A stretch of DNA of 64,000 nt. Source: Nemertoderma westbladi. Lineage: Eukaryota > Animalia > Xenacoelomorpha. This document shows positions 1-13,324 of this stretch, one piece after another. Each line of letters opens with the position of its first letter. Position 1 is the first letter of the stretch. The notes under the pieces were generated by a model, which saw only the letters and a list, made by a program, of their open reading frames with translations, was not told the origin of the DNA and ran no database searches. The DNA is taken from NCBI GenBank assembly GCA_032718475.1, contig JAUCBJ010001713.1, positions 1 through 64,000 of the forward strand, written 5' to 3'. A program made the position numbers and the translations under genes.

Positions 1-450
1 AACATATAGTCAATAGCCGATAAAATTTATAAAATCATGCATAAAGAGGATATTGACAATTAAAGAATTACTATTAAATAACATCCCAGATCTGTATGCA
101 TGAGGATTGCCCTAATTCTACCGCTAGTTTTCCATAATGTCACCATGGCAACACCCACGCTAGAATTAGAAACAAGTTAAAGGACCAATAAAAGCTTGCC
201 CCATTGCGTAGCATAAGAGTATACATAGAGCACTATTAGTATCCAAGGATACATAGTAATAACGTGACATTCTGGAAGACACTGACTAACGGACAAATGG
301 CATGCATGTGTGTAGTAAGTAATGATTGTATGGAATTTGTGCGTTTATAGGTGAATGTTACTACTAAAGTGTGTTTACAGTAGCTAATCGCAATTGTAAA
401 ATAGCCCTAACTCTACCGAGATAACCTCAAGTGGATTCAAGCTTTTGGGA

Positions 451-591
451 CGGACAGTGGTGGGACTTGTGCCGGTTATCGTTGTCGTGCTGTGCTACAT
501 GTTGGCGTAAACACTGCGACAGCGGTACATCGGCGCTGAGAAACCCACTGTCCGGGGGCAAAGCCTAGTAGGCAGCGACGCCCGCTTGCCT
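451..591 (+). other. Long G-U-rich RNA-type hairpin (451-554) plus a second small hairpin (570-591) upstream of a decayed ORF
   Basis: Paired arms CGGACAGTGG/CCACTGTCCG, GTGCCGGT/ATCGGCGC and TATCGTTGTCGT/GCGACAGCGGTA with several G-U wobbles; second hairpin AGGCAGCG/CGCTTGCCT. Confidence 0.5.
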
Positions 592-635
592 AAAATATTA
601 ACTCATATTGATATTAATAAACTCAGATAACAGAT

Positions 636-1941
636 ATGACGGAATTGATAGAAGATGACCTTGGTATCAGGGAGCGATATACTCTACCTTTACAAGCGTT
701 TGTGGATAGCTTGATACGCGGTGAAGCCGATCCGACTATTACGGAGGACGATGGTCGTTTATTTATCGACTAACGATATCGAACCGCCGATGTCCCAAGA
801 GCAACTTACGCGTGAATTGGACTATCGAAAATTAACCGCTCGCTATACGCATCGTAATGGTACGTATATGGACTTCTTAACTACCGGCCATCCTATCGAT
901 TTACATGATACGGACGATGTAGACACCGAAAGGGAAATGGTTCTATTTAAATATCATACCCAGCGGCGTCGTAACGATAAACCGAGAATAGATCACGAAA
1001 ATTCTATTCGTAACAGACTGGGAAGACGAACCAATATGTCTGGAATCTGAAGAGATTCAGCCTATCGCGCTCGGAACAGCGACAACGATTACATCCTAGA
1101 ATGGTATCAAGGTCCACAGTGTCTCATTGCGTACGATTATCGCCATGCCAACTATGTTTCTCGGCAACGTTGTCGGTTATGCGCATCGAGAGACCATGTT
1201 ACGCCCATGGACACAAACGTCCGCTGTTCCTATTTCCACGAACAACCGGCGATGGAAATTTATTGCGCGTATTGCAGATTTAATAATTTGCATATTTTTG
1301 CGGTTTGCCCTCAATTTATGACTCAATGTCACCACTGTCAACTAAAGGGACACGCCAGTTTCGATTGCCCTTTTTAATCGCGATTTGGAAAGCGTAGATG
1401 AAATGATCACACTACGTTACATTAGAGCTTGGGAAGCGAACGCTGATTTACATCGTGATTCGCGCCATCGCTATTATCCTGGACGCGCTTACGAAGGAAT
1501 TTATGCGTTCCATCCTTATCTATTCGCTTCTGTCGAACAGAAATCACGCATATCGAGTTACAGGAAGTATATCGACGGCCTTACGAGTACCAAGCCCGCG
1601 AACGCGAGTTGGAAAGAACCATTAAACCAAGGAAGTTTCTAACTGCCTATGGTCCACCCACGGCCCTCATTCAGACCACTCGTAAAGGACCCGTAAGAGC
1701 GGCTGTCTTGAAACGAGCTCTCAAAGCCGTTAGACCCCTCTCCCCGGACGTTGATGTCAATCAACCCAGTACTTCGACCGGCGGATATACCGATCGCAAT
1801 CCCATACCTTCTGATGCAATCATATTGCACCCTTCACCCAGGAGTTATAGCCCTCCTCGTAAAGTGGCTCGCCCCAAAGAGAAAAGGACTCTTGTTAGCT
1901 TTAAAAAGCTGCGTAAACGTCGTCCGCGCAAGAAAGACTAA
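636..1941 (+). pseudogene. Decayed CpG-rich coding region of unknown identity, possibly the 3' internal ORF of an LTR retrotransposon
   Basis: ATG at 636 followed by a chain of frameshifted ORF pieces (721-1050, 1385-1642, 1609-1941) ending in a basic tail KKLRKRRPRKKD; no recognisable domain. Confidence 0.35.
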
Positions 1942-2019
1942 CTGTTTAGAGTATTTTTATATTTTAGAAACTGTGATTTGGTATATTTTATAGACTTAAA
2001 TCCCATTTTCTGGGAGCGG

Positions 2020-3600
2020 TGTAAAAGCTTTTGTGGGATAACTGATACGTTTGCCTTTGCTGGCCAGTTCTCCCCCAGGCGCTGGAATACTCTAAAAAGG
2101 TTTTCTAACTGTATATATATTCCCCTCGCCCGCAAGGTACCTTTACAGGTGTTTTAACGGACATAAAAATCATTCTGCTATATACGTGTTTTGGCGGACA
2201 TGGTAAGGCAAAAAACTTGTAATGCACCAACTACCTTTCACAGCTTAGCCGTGATGATTCATATTACGACATCTAGCAGCTGGTTGCTGACATGGAAACA
2301 GCCATTAGATGCAAGGTTCTTTGTTTGGCTTGAGCCAATCAGAGCGATTTTTCCTGTCGACGTGTAGCTTTTCTGCCGATCATAAGGAGAGTGTTCAGTC
2401 TTACTGTTTTACTTGTTACTTTGTTGTTATTGCTGTCTAAGCCAGAAACACCGGCCTTTTGGGAAGAACTCTAGTAAACTGCTTGAATTATCGAAAGTAT
2501 AAACTGTTACCGAAACAAATCTCAATTAATTAATCAATCAAATCGAAAGACAGCATTAACTCACTTAATTTAATTGCATTAATCATATTGTTTGTACTGT
2601 TATTTTACCGTCAGTTATTAATTGTACCTATTTGTTGATGGAAATATTGCTATTTGGATAATACGGATAAATCACCCAATTCCCAATTTTCTTGATAACA
2701 CTACAGGTTAGAGAGACCGGCTATACATAACAATTGCGATTTATATTAATGTGGTGTGTATTGAATCCAATGTTATTTAGCAGACCCTACGTGAGTCAAT
2801 TACTGCTCTCTTTATGTGTGATCAAATATACTGACTGTCGGCAGAATAGTGTGTATGATTGTGATTGGTAACAAAGTATTTCCTAAAGAATACGCTTTAT
2901 ACTTTAATCATAAGCAGTATCGTTGCGTTTAGTATAAGTCTTAGTTCTGTTTAAATAGATAAAGCGCCACGTCCTAAAGGAACTGTTAATATTTCCCGAA
3001 AGCCAATAATATCTGTCAGAGATTAATTATTAACGATCTATCGAATAATACATTAGGTATACACTGCAACCTTACACTGTAATAATACAATTCAAGCATC
3101 CGAATTCAGTCTCCCGGGTGTAGATCCATCGGGTGAATGATCGCGCATGGGCTGACTTCGGCTAATGTTTTGCGTATTAGCATAAATTATTGTCGTATGC
3201 TAAAGTGGTTTTAATTAACTAGAAGACATATAAATTTTGGCAGGTTAAACTGCTAAAGGTCTTCAAAAGCGCGAACACTGGCCGATCTATTCATTCCACT
3301 TCTATTGAACAGGCAGTCTTTATTTAGTTGCATATCCTATCTCTAAAAGCGGACCTACCGGCCTCAAATATGTTAGAGTGAAACAGGATGGAAGTACAAA
3401 TAAATAAATGGTCAGCTCGAGTATTGATTAATTAACATTAGCATGGTAATTATTACTTACTAATTAATTAAATTAATTAATAATAACTTAAATAATTACA
3501 AATAAATATATATTCAGTACGAGTATTGCTGGCTATGGTAATATTAATTAATTAAATAATTCAGTATAGTTCAGCCACTCTCTCCTGACATCCTTTTACA
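2020..3600 (+). mobile_element. Possible LTR
   Basis: Purine-rich GGGAGCGG directly before TGTAAAAG (2020) and the inverted CTTTTACA ending at 3600; no second LTR in the window to confirm. Confidence 0.25.
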
Positions 3601-4363
3601 CTAATATAATAACATAACTAATAAACTTATGTTTTATCATTTTAGATGGAGAAATACGGTGTAATACATGGCCGATATGCTCGGCGGGCATCACTCAAAG
3701 ATGTCACCGATAACCCGGCGGTGATGGAGGGGCACCATATGGCGGCCATGATTCTTAACGTAACCTGGGCCGGAAAGAAAATTAAACCGGAACTAACTTC
3801 TCAGTCACCAGCGAAGAAGGCCAAGACGTTCCCGATGTTGTTCATCCTACATGCCGATTCAGAGATGTTTTAAGAGAACGGGATCCACGTGGGGGACATT
3901 TATCGCCATCCTTGAGCCGGGGTCCCGTGGGGGGGGGGGGGGGGGGGGGGACTACACATCTTCCCGTGATTGTATCCCAGCTTAGTCCGGTGCCGGTGCA
4001 CCTTAGGGCAGCCCCCATCTACCCTCTGCGTCACTCTAGATTGGAGGAAGTCACGAAATCGCCAGAACTGGCGGGTTTCTGCCTTGAAATCCCGAGACTG
4101 ACTACATCCGGGGTTTGTGTTGTTGTTCATATTATTTAATATTTGTAAATAAAGATTAATAATAATTATTATTTTTGTAGATAAGTTTGTAAATTTATAC
4201 TACATATATTTTTATAACCACATTAAGCAGAATTGCTTTTATTACAAAAAAAATAATGACTTTCCTAAACAATAAGCAATATACATAATCAAAATAAATA
4301 ATGAATAAATAATAAATCTCATTTATAAATAGATATTATAACATTTAGATATATAATATTTAG

Positions 4364-4580
4364 ATGATATTGAAGGTATGTGGGGGCAACTTGTGCCAAG
4401 GTCTAAAGGGGGCGGCCTGCCCATGCTACCGGCGGGGGTTGAACCTGTCATGGTGTATTGAAGGGGAAATCCTCCTGCCAGAGATTTGCGATGCCGAGAA
4501 CAAGAATGTGCAGCCACACATATTTTCATTGCGGGATTTTACCGCGATGTTTCTAAATAGACAACAACAAGGGTACAAGT
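4364..4580 (+). pseudogene. Cys-rich (CXC-like) coding fragment, probably a transposase C-terminal remnant
   Basis: CGGNLCQGLKGAACPCYRRGLNLSWC...C resembles the Cys-rich tails of DNA-transposon proteins; GC-rich island in AT-rich DNA. Confidence 0.25.
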
Positions 4581-4879
4581 ACGTATTTTTAATATTCAAA
4601 TTGATAATAAAATTTGTTAATTAAAAAATATAGAAAACCTTAACTAATCATTTACATACAGTACTTACACTATTGCACTTTTTAATTAATTGATACTGTA
4701 GTTGAATAAATAAATGCTGTTAAAAGTTATTTCTCTATTACCAAATTCAGAATATCTGTCATTTTTTCATTCTTCATTGATTTTATTGAGCCGCTTAAGC
4801 ATTATTATACCATCACCTTGTTCAAGTTTGTACGGTTTGTATTCGGCCCCAAGGTTTGCATTCGGCAACTCGCTTTGTA

Positions 4880-5174
4880 TTCGGGTCCTCGGGTGGTTGA
4901 AAACTAAAGTGTTTATTTTGGCACCGGAAACCGAGGACTTTGCGTAGAATACAAACAAACCGAGGACCTTCATACTCAGAAACACATACACAGCAGTGTA
5001 GGAAAATGCATTCAAAACGAGGACCACAGCGGAATTCAATAAAAATACAGATCTGGGGTAATTTGGGGTTGCTGATTTCATTTCTGCCGTCACTGCGAAC
5101 CGAGGACGTCCTCGGTTCGTTACAAGTCCTCGGTTCGCGGGTAATGTACTACGCGAAAGTCCTCGGTTTACACC
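4880..5174. repeat. Cluster of direct and inverted AACCGAGGAC motifs (transposon subterminal repeats)
   Basis: At least 7 copies in both orientations, including the perfect palindrome CGAACCGAGGACGTCCTCGGTTCG at ~5096-5119. Confidence 0.6.
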
Positions 5175-5428
5175 ATATACGCGAGCAACGCACATACACA
5201 CACATATACATACAATATACAATAATATATAATAATATATAATACAATAATATACAATATACAATAAGTGTACAAACAGAAAGCACATATTATAAAACAA
5301 ATATCATAAAACAGATACAGTAAAATATAAATGAATAAACAACTACAGCGCACATACAACAACTACAACTCACATATACAGAATAATAATGTATAAACCC
5401 TAAACAGTAGGCCTACACATATATATAC

Positions 5429-6040
5429 AGGTTCGTGGGGACTTCGCGCAGCACGTAGTCGGCAAGCCTTGGCATACGGTTCATATAGAGCAAATGGGGC
5501 ATGTCTAGTTTGGACCCAATATCCCATGCTATAAATGTATTCATTCGATATACAATCATATGTTAATCCGCTAGGTGGTGTCAAATTGTTATTCTGCAAT
5601 TTCGTACTTACCAGTGCAGCACTGTACAGCAGTACCGTACCGGTAGGCCTATGTCATTACTTCTGAGTCTCTAGCGGATCCCCAATTAAATGTCTTAACT
5701 TTTCAATTTCGTAAAAGATAGACTTCATGATTCTCTACAGGCCACCAAAATTTCAGCTCAGGAAAATGAGGCCTTCCCGAGAAATTTAACATTTTCTAAA
5801 AACCACATAATCTGTCGTAGCTGACGTCAGACTGCATGATTTTTCACCAAACTTTACAAACTTTCTAAACTTTCTCTCTACTACTTACCTACTAAGTTTG
5901 GTTCAATTCCGAACGAGCGATGCCGAGAAATTCGCGTTCAAACATTTACCAGACAGACGGACGGACAGACAGACGGACATGCCCCATTTGCCCTATATGA
6001 ACCGTATGCCAAGGCTCGCCGACTACGTGTCTCGCCCCAC
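5429..6040. mobile_element. Non-autonomous element (HINE/DINE-like, unclassified), copy 1, inserted in the Penelope 3' UTR
   Basis: Ends GTTCGTGGGGACTTCGCGCAGCACG...CTCGCCCCAC, ~50-bp subterminal inverted repeats, CAGA/CGGA microsatellite; the empty site is visible in the inverted pLTR near 8065. Confidence 0.75.
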
Positions 6041-6207
6041 AAAGCACATACAGTATAATATAAATGAATAAACAGTACACAACTACAACGTACTTATACA
6101 GTAAAATAATAAAGTATAAACACTAAACAGTACACATATACGTATACGACGCACATACAGTATAAAATAAACAATACACAACAACTACAACTACAACGCA
6201 CATATAC

Positions 6208-6827
6208 ACGTTCGTGGGGACTTCGCGCAGCACGTAGTCGGCAAGCCTTGGCATACGGTTCATATAGAGCAAATGGGGCATGTCTAGTTTGGACCCCATA
6301 TCCCATGCTATAAATGTATTCATTCGATATACAATCATATGTTAATCCGCTAGGTGGTGTCAAATTGTTATTCTGCAATTTCGTACTTACCAGTACAGCA
6401 CTGTACAGCAGTACCGTACCGGTAGGCCTATGTCATTACTTCTGAGTCTCTAGCGGATCCCCAATTAAATGTCTTAACTTTTCAATTTCGTAAAAGATAG
6501 ACTACATGATTCTCTACAGGCCACCAAAATTTCAGCTCAGGAAAATGAGGCCTTCCCGAGAAATTTAACATTTTCTAAAAACCACATAATCTGTCGTAGC
6601 TGACGTCAGACTGCATGATTTTTCACCAAACTTTACAAACTTTCTAAACTTTCTCTCTACTACTTACCTACTAAGTTTGGTTCAATTCCGAACGAGCGAT
6701 GCCGAGAAATTCGCGTTCAAACATTTACCAGACAGACGGACAGACAGACAGACGGACAGACGGACATGCCCCATTTGCCCTATATGAACCGTATGCAAAG
6801 GCTCGCCGACTACGTGTCTCGCCCCAC
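6208..6827. mobile_element. Non-autonomous element (HINE/DINE-like, unclassified), copy 2
   Basis: Near-identical to 5429-6040 but inserted at a different TAC^A site of the same UTR. Confidence 0.75.
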
Positions 6828-7014
6828 AGTAAAATAATAAAGTATAAACACTAAACAGTACACATATAAGTATACGACGCACATACAGTATAAAATAAAC
6901 AATACACAATAACTACAACGCACATATACAGTAAAGTAATAAAGAATAAACACTAAACAGTACACATATACAACGCACATACAGTATAATATAGATGTAT
7001 AAACAGAGGCACAG

Positions 7015-7510
7015 TTAGGTAACCGATAGCGCGTTTAGGATCGCTGGAAGCCAGCAACCGGATAAAATGGTACCTGAGTTCCTATTGATTGAGTCATCGT
7101 TCGGGGACGAGATGATGGTCTCTCTTCGTCCATATGTTCTAATGAACGCAGACTCAACCAATAGTCGTGCTCTGGTATTGGGAACGTGGGCCAAGGTCTT
7201 GACATCACCAAAACCAGGGTTGCAGTTACCATGGGAACCGAAAGCTGAGTTCTGGGAACTGCGCTGCCATCCTTTGCGGTGTTGTTCTACTCTGTCACTT
7301 AGCTCTTGATCGATCGACCTACCCCCACAGGAGCACACAATGGAGTAAACAACACCAGACACTTGTTCTGGTGGAAGCAAGTGTTTGGTTTTGTTACAGA
7401 GAGACCGACCGAGGGTGTTAACGGGCTTAGATACTAAGTTAATGCCAATCTTTTTGGCTTCACGTTTAAGTACAAAGAAAAGGGGCCCAATGAAGGGTAT
7501 GGAAACATAA
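7015..7510 (-). pseudogene. Penelope-like GIY-YIG endonuclease C-terminal fragment with the YVGET motif deleted
   Basis: YVSIPFIG...KPVNTL...SGVVYSIVCSCGG..ELSDRVEQH..SAFGSH..RLLVESAFI...SINRNSG matches the PLE linker/endonuclease pattern. Confidence 0.8.
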
Positions 7511-8456
7511 CTGTGCCTCTGTTTATACATCTATATTATACTGTATGTGCGTTGTATATGTGTACTGTTTAGTGTTTATTCTTTATTACTTTACTGTATA
7601 TGTGCGTTGTAGTTGTTGTGTACTGTTTATTTTATACTGTATGTGCGTCGTATACGTATATGTGTACTGTTTAGTGTTTATACTTTATTATTTTACTGTA
7701 TATGTGCGTTGTAGTTGTTGTGTATTGTTTATATTATACTGTATGTGCGTCGTATACGTATATGTGTACTGTTTAGTGTTTATACTTTATTACTTTACTG
7801 TATATGTGCGTTGTAGTTGTTGTGTATTGTTTATATTATACTGTATGTGCGTCGTATATGTATATGTGTACTGTTTAGTGTTTATACTTTATTATTTTAC
7901 TGTATAAGTACGTTGTAGTTGTGTACTGTTTATTCATTTATATTATACTGTATGTGCTTTGTATATGTGTTCTGTATAAATCTTTATACAATATTATTTT
8001 ACTGTATATATGCGTTGCAGTTGTTGTGTACTGTGTATTCATTTATATTATACTGTATGTGCTTTGTATATATATGTGTAGGCCTACTGTTTAGGGTTTA
8101 TACATTATTATTCTGTATATGTGAGTTGTAGTTGTTGTATGTGCGCTGTAGTAGTCATTTATATTTTACTGTATCTGTTTTATCCATTTATACATTTCTA
8201 TTGTAATGTATAATATGTGCTTTCTGTTTGTACACTTATTGTATATTGTGTAATGTGTGTGTATTTGCGTTGTACGTAGAGTAGTGTGTAGTCTGTAGTG
8301 GTAGTTTATACATGTTTCATTATACTGTATAATTTTCCGTTAATAGAGTTGAATTTTACTGTATATGTGCTTTCTATTTTTTGTATACTGTATAGCATAT
8401 ACTGCTAGGCCTATATACCGGTAACTTTGCTGTCCAGTGCCCAATAATTAATACTT

Positions 8457-8501
8457 TTAACATTGATAAAGATAGCCATTGGCTTACGAAACGTCTGCTA
8501 A
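8457..8501 (+). ncRNA. Decayed minimal hammerhead ribozyme in the Penelope pLTR
   Basis: TTAACA-TTGATAA-AGATAGCCATTGGCTTAC-GAAACGTC-TGCTAA; the core CUGAUGA is mutated to UUGAUAA, while GAAACGUC and stems I/II are still recognisable. Confidence 0.45.
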
Positions 8502-8838
8502 GCCTAATTACCTACTATATTTTTTTCATACCTGTGGCTGACAGTCCTTCATTTGTTTTATCTTTTAATAAAGATAACACTCTCAATCAACAAGCTCAAA
8601 TCAGAGGAATGCAGAAATCAAGGAATGAGCTAATAGGGTAGATAACGTGTATTAAATATAAGCGTTAGCCCCAAGACATCCCATTGGTTGATTGTTGGGA
8701 ATTGGTTAAGTAAGCTAGGTATATCAGAGCATGTTCCAAAACGAATATTGCATAGTATGATGTCACGTTGTGATTGGATAATATTTTCCATAACGGTAAG
8801 CCTATACCTTAGGCTCAACAATATACAGGTTCTAAGCT

Positions 8839-8989
8839 TCTGTCACTTAGCTCTTGATCGGTCTCTCCCACATACCTACCCCCACAGGAGCACACAATGG
8901 AGTAAACAACACCAGACACTTGTTCTGGTGGAAGCAAGTGTTTGGTTTTGTTACAGAGAGACCGACCGAGGGTGTTAACGGGCTTAGAT
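8839..8989 (-). pseudogene. Second Penelope GIY-YIG fragment with the motif intact
   Basis: Near-identical to 7290-7431 and translates GVVYSIVCSCGGRYVGETDQELSDR. Confidence 0.8.
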
Positions 8990-11900
8990 CATTACCGATC
9001 CGGTAGGTCAGATCCCCGTAAACCTGCGCCGTCCCCAAATCCAAGACCCCGCCATGGCCGACGACCACCGCGCAGACAGAGGGAGTTGGAACGGAGTAAG
9101 GAAAACTGGAGGCGCCTCCGAACTCCACCCAAGACCCAGGCGAGGCCGCGTTCCCTCATGCTTTGCCGTCGCTAGACTAAGGTCTCGGCGAGTTGGCGAA
9201 TAAGGATTTCGGCCTCCTTGCACCACACACATTATTAATAAATAATTGAATAAAAATTTATACTGCAGTAACAAATTATTTGTTACTGCAGAAAAAGGCA
9301 ATTTTTTATTACTGCAGTAAGTTTAATTCTTACTTTCAGCAACAAATATTTATTACTGCAGTATTTTTTGGAGGCATCTTTATTGTTTCATAGAGGTTTT
9401 TATTACTTATATTTTACCCTATAGTTAAAGTCAATATACCCCATACCATAACCAGCTTCAGGCAGGCTGTATGAAATGACTGACAGTACTACTTTGAAAT
9501 CTTTTGGACCACTTTTAGATATTTGAGACACTTTTAGTTCTTTGAGAAAATCTCAAAGAACAGATGCACTTTGAGACCCCGACTGTATTTGCAATCAGAA
9601 AAACGAGGCGCATCTTTCTAGCCAAGTCTTAAGACGTAATTATGAAGTCCTAAGGAGTTACATTTTTGCCAAAACCGTCTATCTCAACATCTGTCAATAA
9701 TAGTAAATCCCAAAACCATCTATCTTTACTTAAATTGATTTGGGATTAAACACCAAGTTTGAATTTATGGTTTCCTTTATGCCGAAACCGTCTATCTGTG
9801 TATTCTGCCTACTTGTATTCCATTGGATTCAATATCTAATAATTAGTCATTTGTATTTGCCAAAACAGTCTATCTCTATAATCTACAATACAATAATGAC
9901 TCTAAACTTGCCTTATAGCCTACAATTATGCTTTTACTAGTACATTGTTTTACTAGTTTCCTAAAATTTAATGGGCTATCCAACATCGCAAATGCCATTT
10001 ATATAGCTACAGTATGTTAGTTTTCGTGCCATGGTACCTTTCTGACACCCATCTCCAGATTTTTCGTGCTAAAAGTTTCAAAAGTTTTTATGACTAACTA
10101 AAATAAATTTACTTGTGGTATATCGCGTTTTTTGGATGTTGATGACAATTGTAGAACTCAAATATAACATTCGAGAAAATTTGTAATTTTGAATGTGCCC
10201 CCCCACACGAAAAAACAAGTAGGCCTAATGATGATGAGTAATGACATGATAATGAAAAATCAGCATGAAATCAAGCCAATTTCATGACCTTTATTGAAAT
10301 TCTTTATTTTTTTTTGGAGTGCTGATCACGAATATGACACTGAAATATATCGTACCTTGTTGAAAATGGCATTTTTAGAAATGTGTCAATGTGCGGCTCG
10401 AAAAATATAAATGTACAGTAGAACAAATTTGATAATCAAAAATCATTACCAAATCAACCTTATTTCATGACTTATTGTTATTATGACTTATTTCATGATT
10501 AGGGGTTTTCTGAGAAGCTGATCACGAATATGAGACTCAACAATATCATATTATCCAACTAAATTCAATTTTTGGCATTTGTAAGTTTTATGCTACAGTT
10601 GCATTTTTCATCCCACCAGAGAAGCACTAAAAACGAAAGTTTCATTACCAGTAAAGATTTTTAATGAGTACCCTGCAAACCAGAAGTATCCGAGGATTAA
10701 TTTTGTATTGGAAATTTAATGCTGCTAAAAAGTTGTGCAATAGTGCAATGAGACAAATTATTTGAGAAAAACCCAAAATTGTACATTTTAATATTGAAGT
10801 AATCTAAAATAATATTTAAATACTAATATTAAAATTCAGATAGTGAAATGACATTCAGAATACATTCGAACAGCAATGTTTTTTATTTACACACTTATTC
10901 GCAACATAATATTTTGAATGATATTCTAATACTATATCCCATACTATTGATATTATAATCTATTTCCAATGTTATCGAAATATTCAAATCAGAATATTTT
11001 CTTTGGAAATGAATTTGCATTGGGAATGAATCATAGCATTGTTATAACAATGATACGAAAAGGTTATTCTAACGTTGTTTTTCGAATGTTGGCGGGTCAT
11101 ACTACAAAGGCTTTGAATAACAATATTATACTAATGTTATCCTAATGTTATCTTTATTAGGCCCTCTGTGGTACAGAACTTTGCACATGTATTTCCATTG
11201 TTTTCATTATCGTTATTGTCCAGTCCTTGCCAGTGCAGATTGTTGTTTAACACACCTACTCAGTGAGTGTCAACTAGGCCTCCATAACTGTAGGGTGTAC
11301 AACTATATAATTTTAATTATTTAATTTGCATCCACATGAACCAAATGTGTTCATGTTTTGGTTTTCCTGGACCGTAACTTACAGTACAGTATATGGATGT
11401 TTTTCAGTACGGTTCCATACAGCCATACCCACAGTAGGCCTACAGATATATCAGTTCCAATGTGCGCGGTTGTCACATAATACATACAGTAGAATGGCAG
11501 AACACCCTCCCCCCCCTAACAAATGAATGCAAAATTAACCTAGGTGGGTACATGTATTTCACAACCAGATAGAGGTGGGGGTGGGGGAGTGGCGCTTTGC
11601 ACAATTAAATGCATGGGCGGATTAACAATGAGACCAATAAGGCACGTGCCACAGAGACCACGCACGAGATCCGAAAGGCAGCTTGCGTTTTAGTTACAGT
11701 AAATAACTAAATATTGTTAAAAATTATCTGCACAATAAACAAACTTCGAGAGGGGGGTCAGGGTGGGTGTTTGCCTGTCATGCCCCCTCTACACAACATT
11801 GTTCACTCCTTGGAGGAAATAAAGGAGGAAGGAGGAGTTGAAGAGTGTCCAAGGAACTTTAAAAATAATGGAATGGATTCAAGGAGAGACTCTTCATTCA

Positions 11901-12625
11901 GAGGTCCTGTTCCCCGGTAGGTCCAGCCGGTAGGATACTCCTGAGGATGTAGCCAAATGGGAAAAGGCCCAAAAGGAGAATAATGCACTGGCAAAGTACA
12001 TATAAGGTGAGAATGATAATGGCATCTTTATCCTTTTATCCTATATGGGAAGTCGAAATTGACATTAAATTATTTAACAAATTGTGTAAAACAGAATCAG
12101 GAATTGTTGAAGATTACAATACCTTCGGGTAGTAGCTATCGAAAAAGGAGCCTTCTGGTCGCTTCCGGCTTCAGCCGACTCTTTGCTTTGCTTGATACGT
12201 TCTAGAAACGTATTCTTTTGATTTCATATTATTTATTATAGATCAGTAATTAATAATTTTTACTAATGTAATAATTGTTTATATATTTTAGCATTAAAAT
12301 GTTAGTAAGCGAAGAGTTTTTTCTAATCTTTGTAGATTGACGAATTCTCCAACTTCTCACAATCACTATCGGCTGCGAGTTTTGACATCTGTGCACGATG
12401 GATGGAAACACATTCGCCGAGAAATATGGAAAAACCGCTAGACATGCAATCGGGAAAATTAATCATTCTAAGATGTATTAAAGGGTAGACAATTTTTCAT
12501 TTTTGTTACATACCGATATGGAATTGTTACAGTACATATAGGCTACGCCGGCACACATACAGTACATTGACGCTAATGCAAGTTGGTATATGACATTTAT
12601 TTATTTATTTCTGACATTTATTGAC

Positions 12626-13324
12626 ACATTGTAGGGCCTTTGCGCAGCACGAAAGTCTATAAAAAAGTTACTAATCTCTATTAGATAAACGAAAACCGTC
12701 ATTTCCAAGATATCAATCAGTGATGCATAAACTAGTTGTAAAAAACAGAGGTCCATTTCAGTTTAACCTTACATGCTTTTTAACTATTTAACTTGACTTG
12801 AGTATTTAACCTGCCTTAACACGATTTATAGAAGATGGATACTTGTATCCACTACAAAACTTGTTGCGTTCGTCCTATACAACCTGGTCACCAAATATAT
12901 GCCTTAAAACATTCCTTTGGCAATATTGGATAAAATGTCAAACCGTCTAATATGCTAAACCAGGTTGTTTACGAGTTATTGTTAAAACACTCGTCTTCAT
13001 TACAACCCTCGTTGCACTCGTCCTGTACATCTGATCACCAAATAACTAGCATATGACATTCCACCACCGGTGCTATCAAATTGACATATCGTCCGATATT
13101 CTGTACTAAAGTTGCAAGTATAGTCAACATAATACTAGTCTCCTTCATCATTAGCTCATCCTGAAGGCCCCACGCAAATTCTATTTTGGAAAATTGATAA
13201 ACTTTTGCCAAACAACATGTGTACTAAGTTGGATTAGATTTCATAGAGAATTAGCCGAGTTATTCACATTTAAAAACACGGACCCACAGATCTAGAGAAC
13301 ACTTACTTTCATGGCTCGCCCCAC
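12626..13324. mobile_element. Diverged member of the same HINE-like family (a further left end at ~13462)
   Basis: GTAGGGCCTTTGCGCAGCACG start and GGCTCGCCCCAC end; ACGTCCGTGGGGCCTTCGCGCAGCACG at ~13462. Confidence 0.55.

Larger units (their letters stand above)
5175..8560 (-). mobile_element. 5'-truncated Penelope-like element (GIY-YIG fragment plus repetitive 3' UTR/pLTR) with an inverted pLTR copy at 7508-8560
   Basis: GIY-YIG-type ORF fragment on the minus strand; sequence 3' of it (7014 downward) is repeated in inverted orientation from 7508 (ATAAACAGAGGCACAGTTA / TAACTGTGCCTCTGTTTAT). Confidence 0.8.

Noticed and set aside
5431-6827. Simple tandem duplication of a 780-bp unit
   Set aside because: The flanks differ and match two separate empty sites in the inverted pLTR, so these are independent insertions
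5363-8131. ORFs 5363-5599, 6094-6378, 7545-7907 and 4767-5300
   Set aside because: Low-complexity translations of the Penelope UTR minisatellite and inserted non-coding elements
9000-9225. GC-rich island tested as a tRNA/SINE or HDV-like ribozyme
   Set aside because: No cloverleaf, B-box or nested double pseudoknot could be fitted by eye
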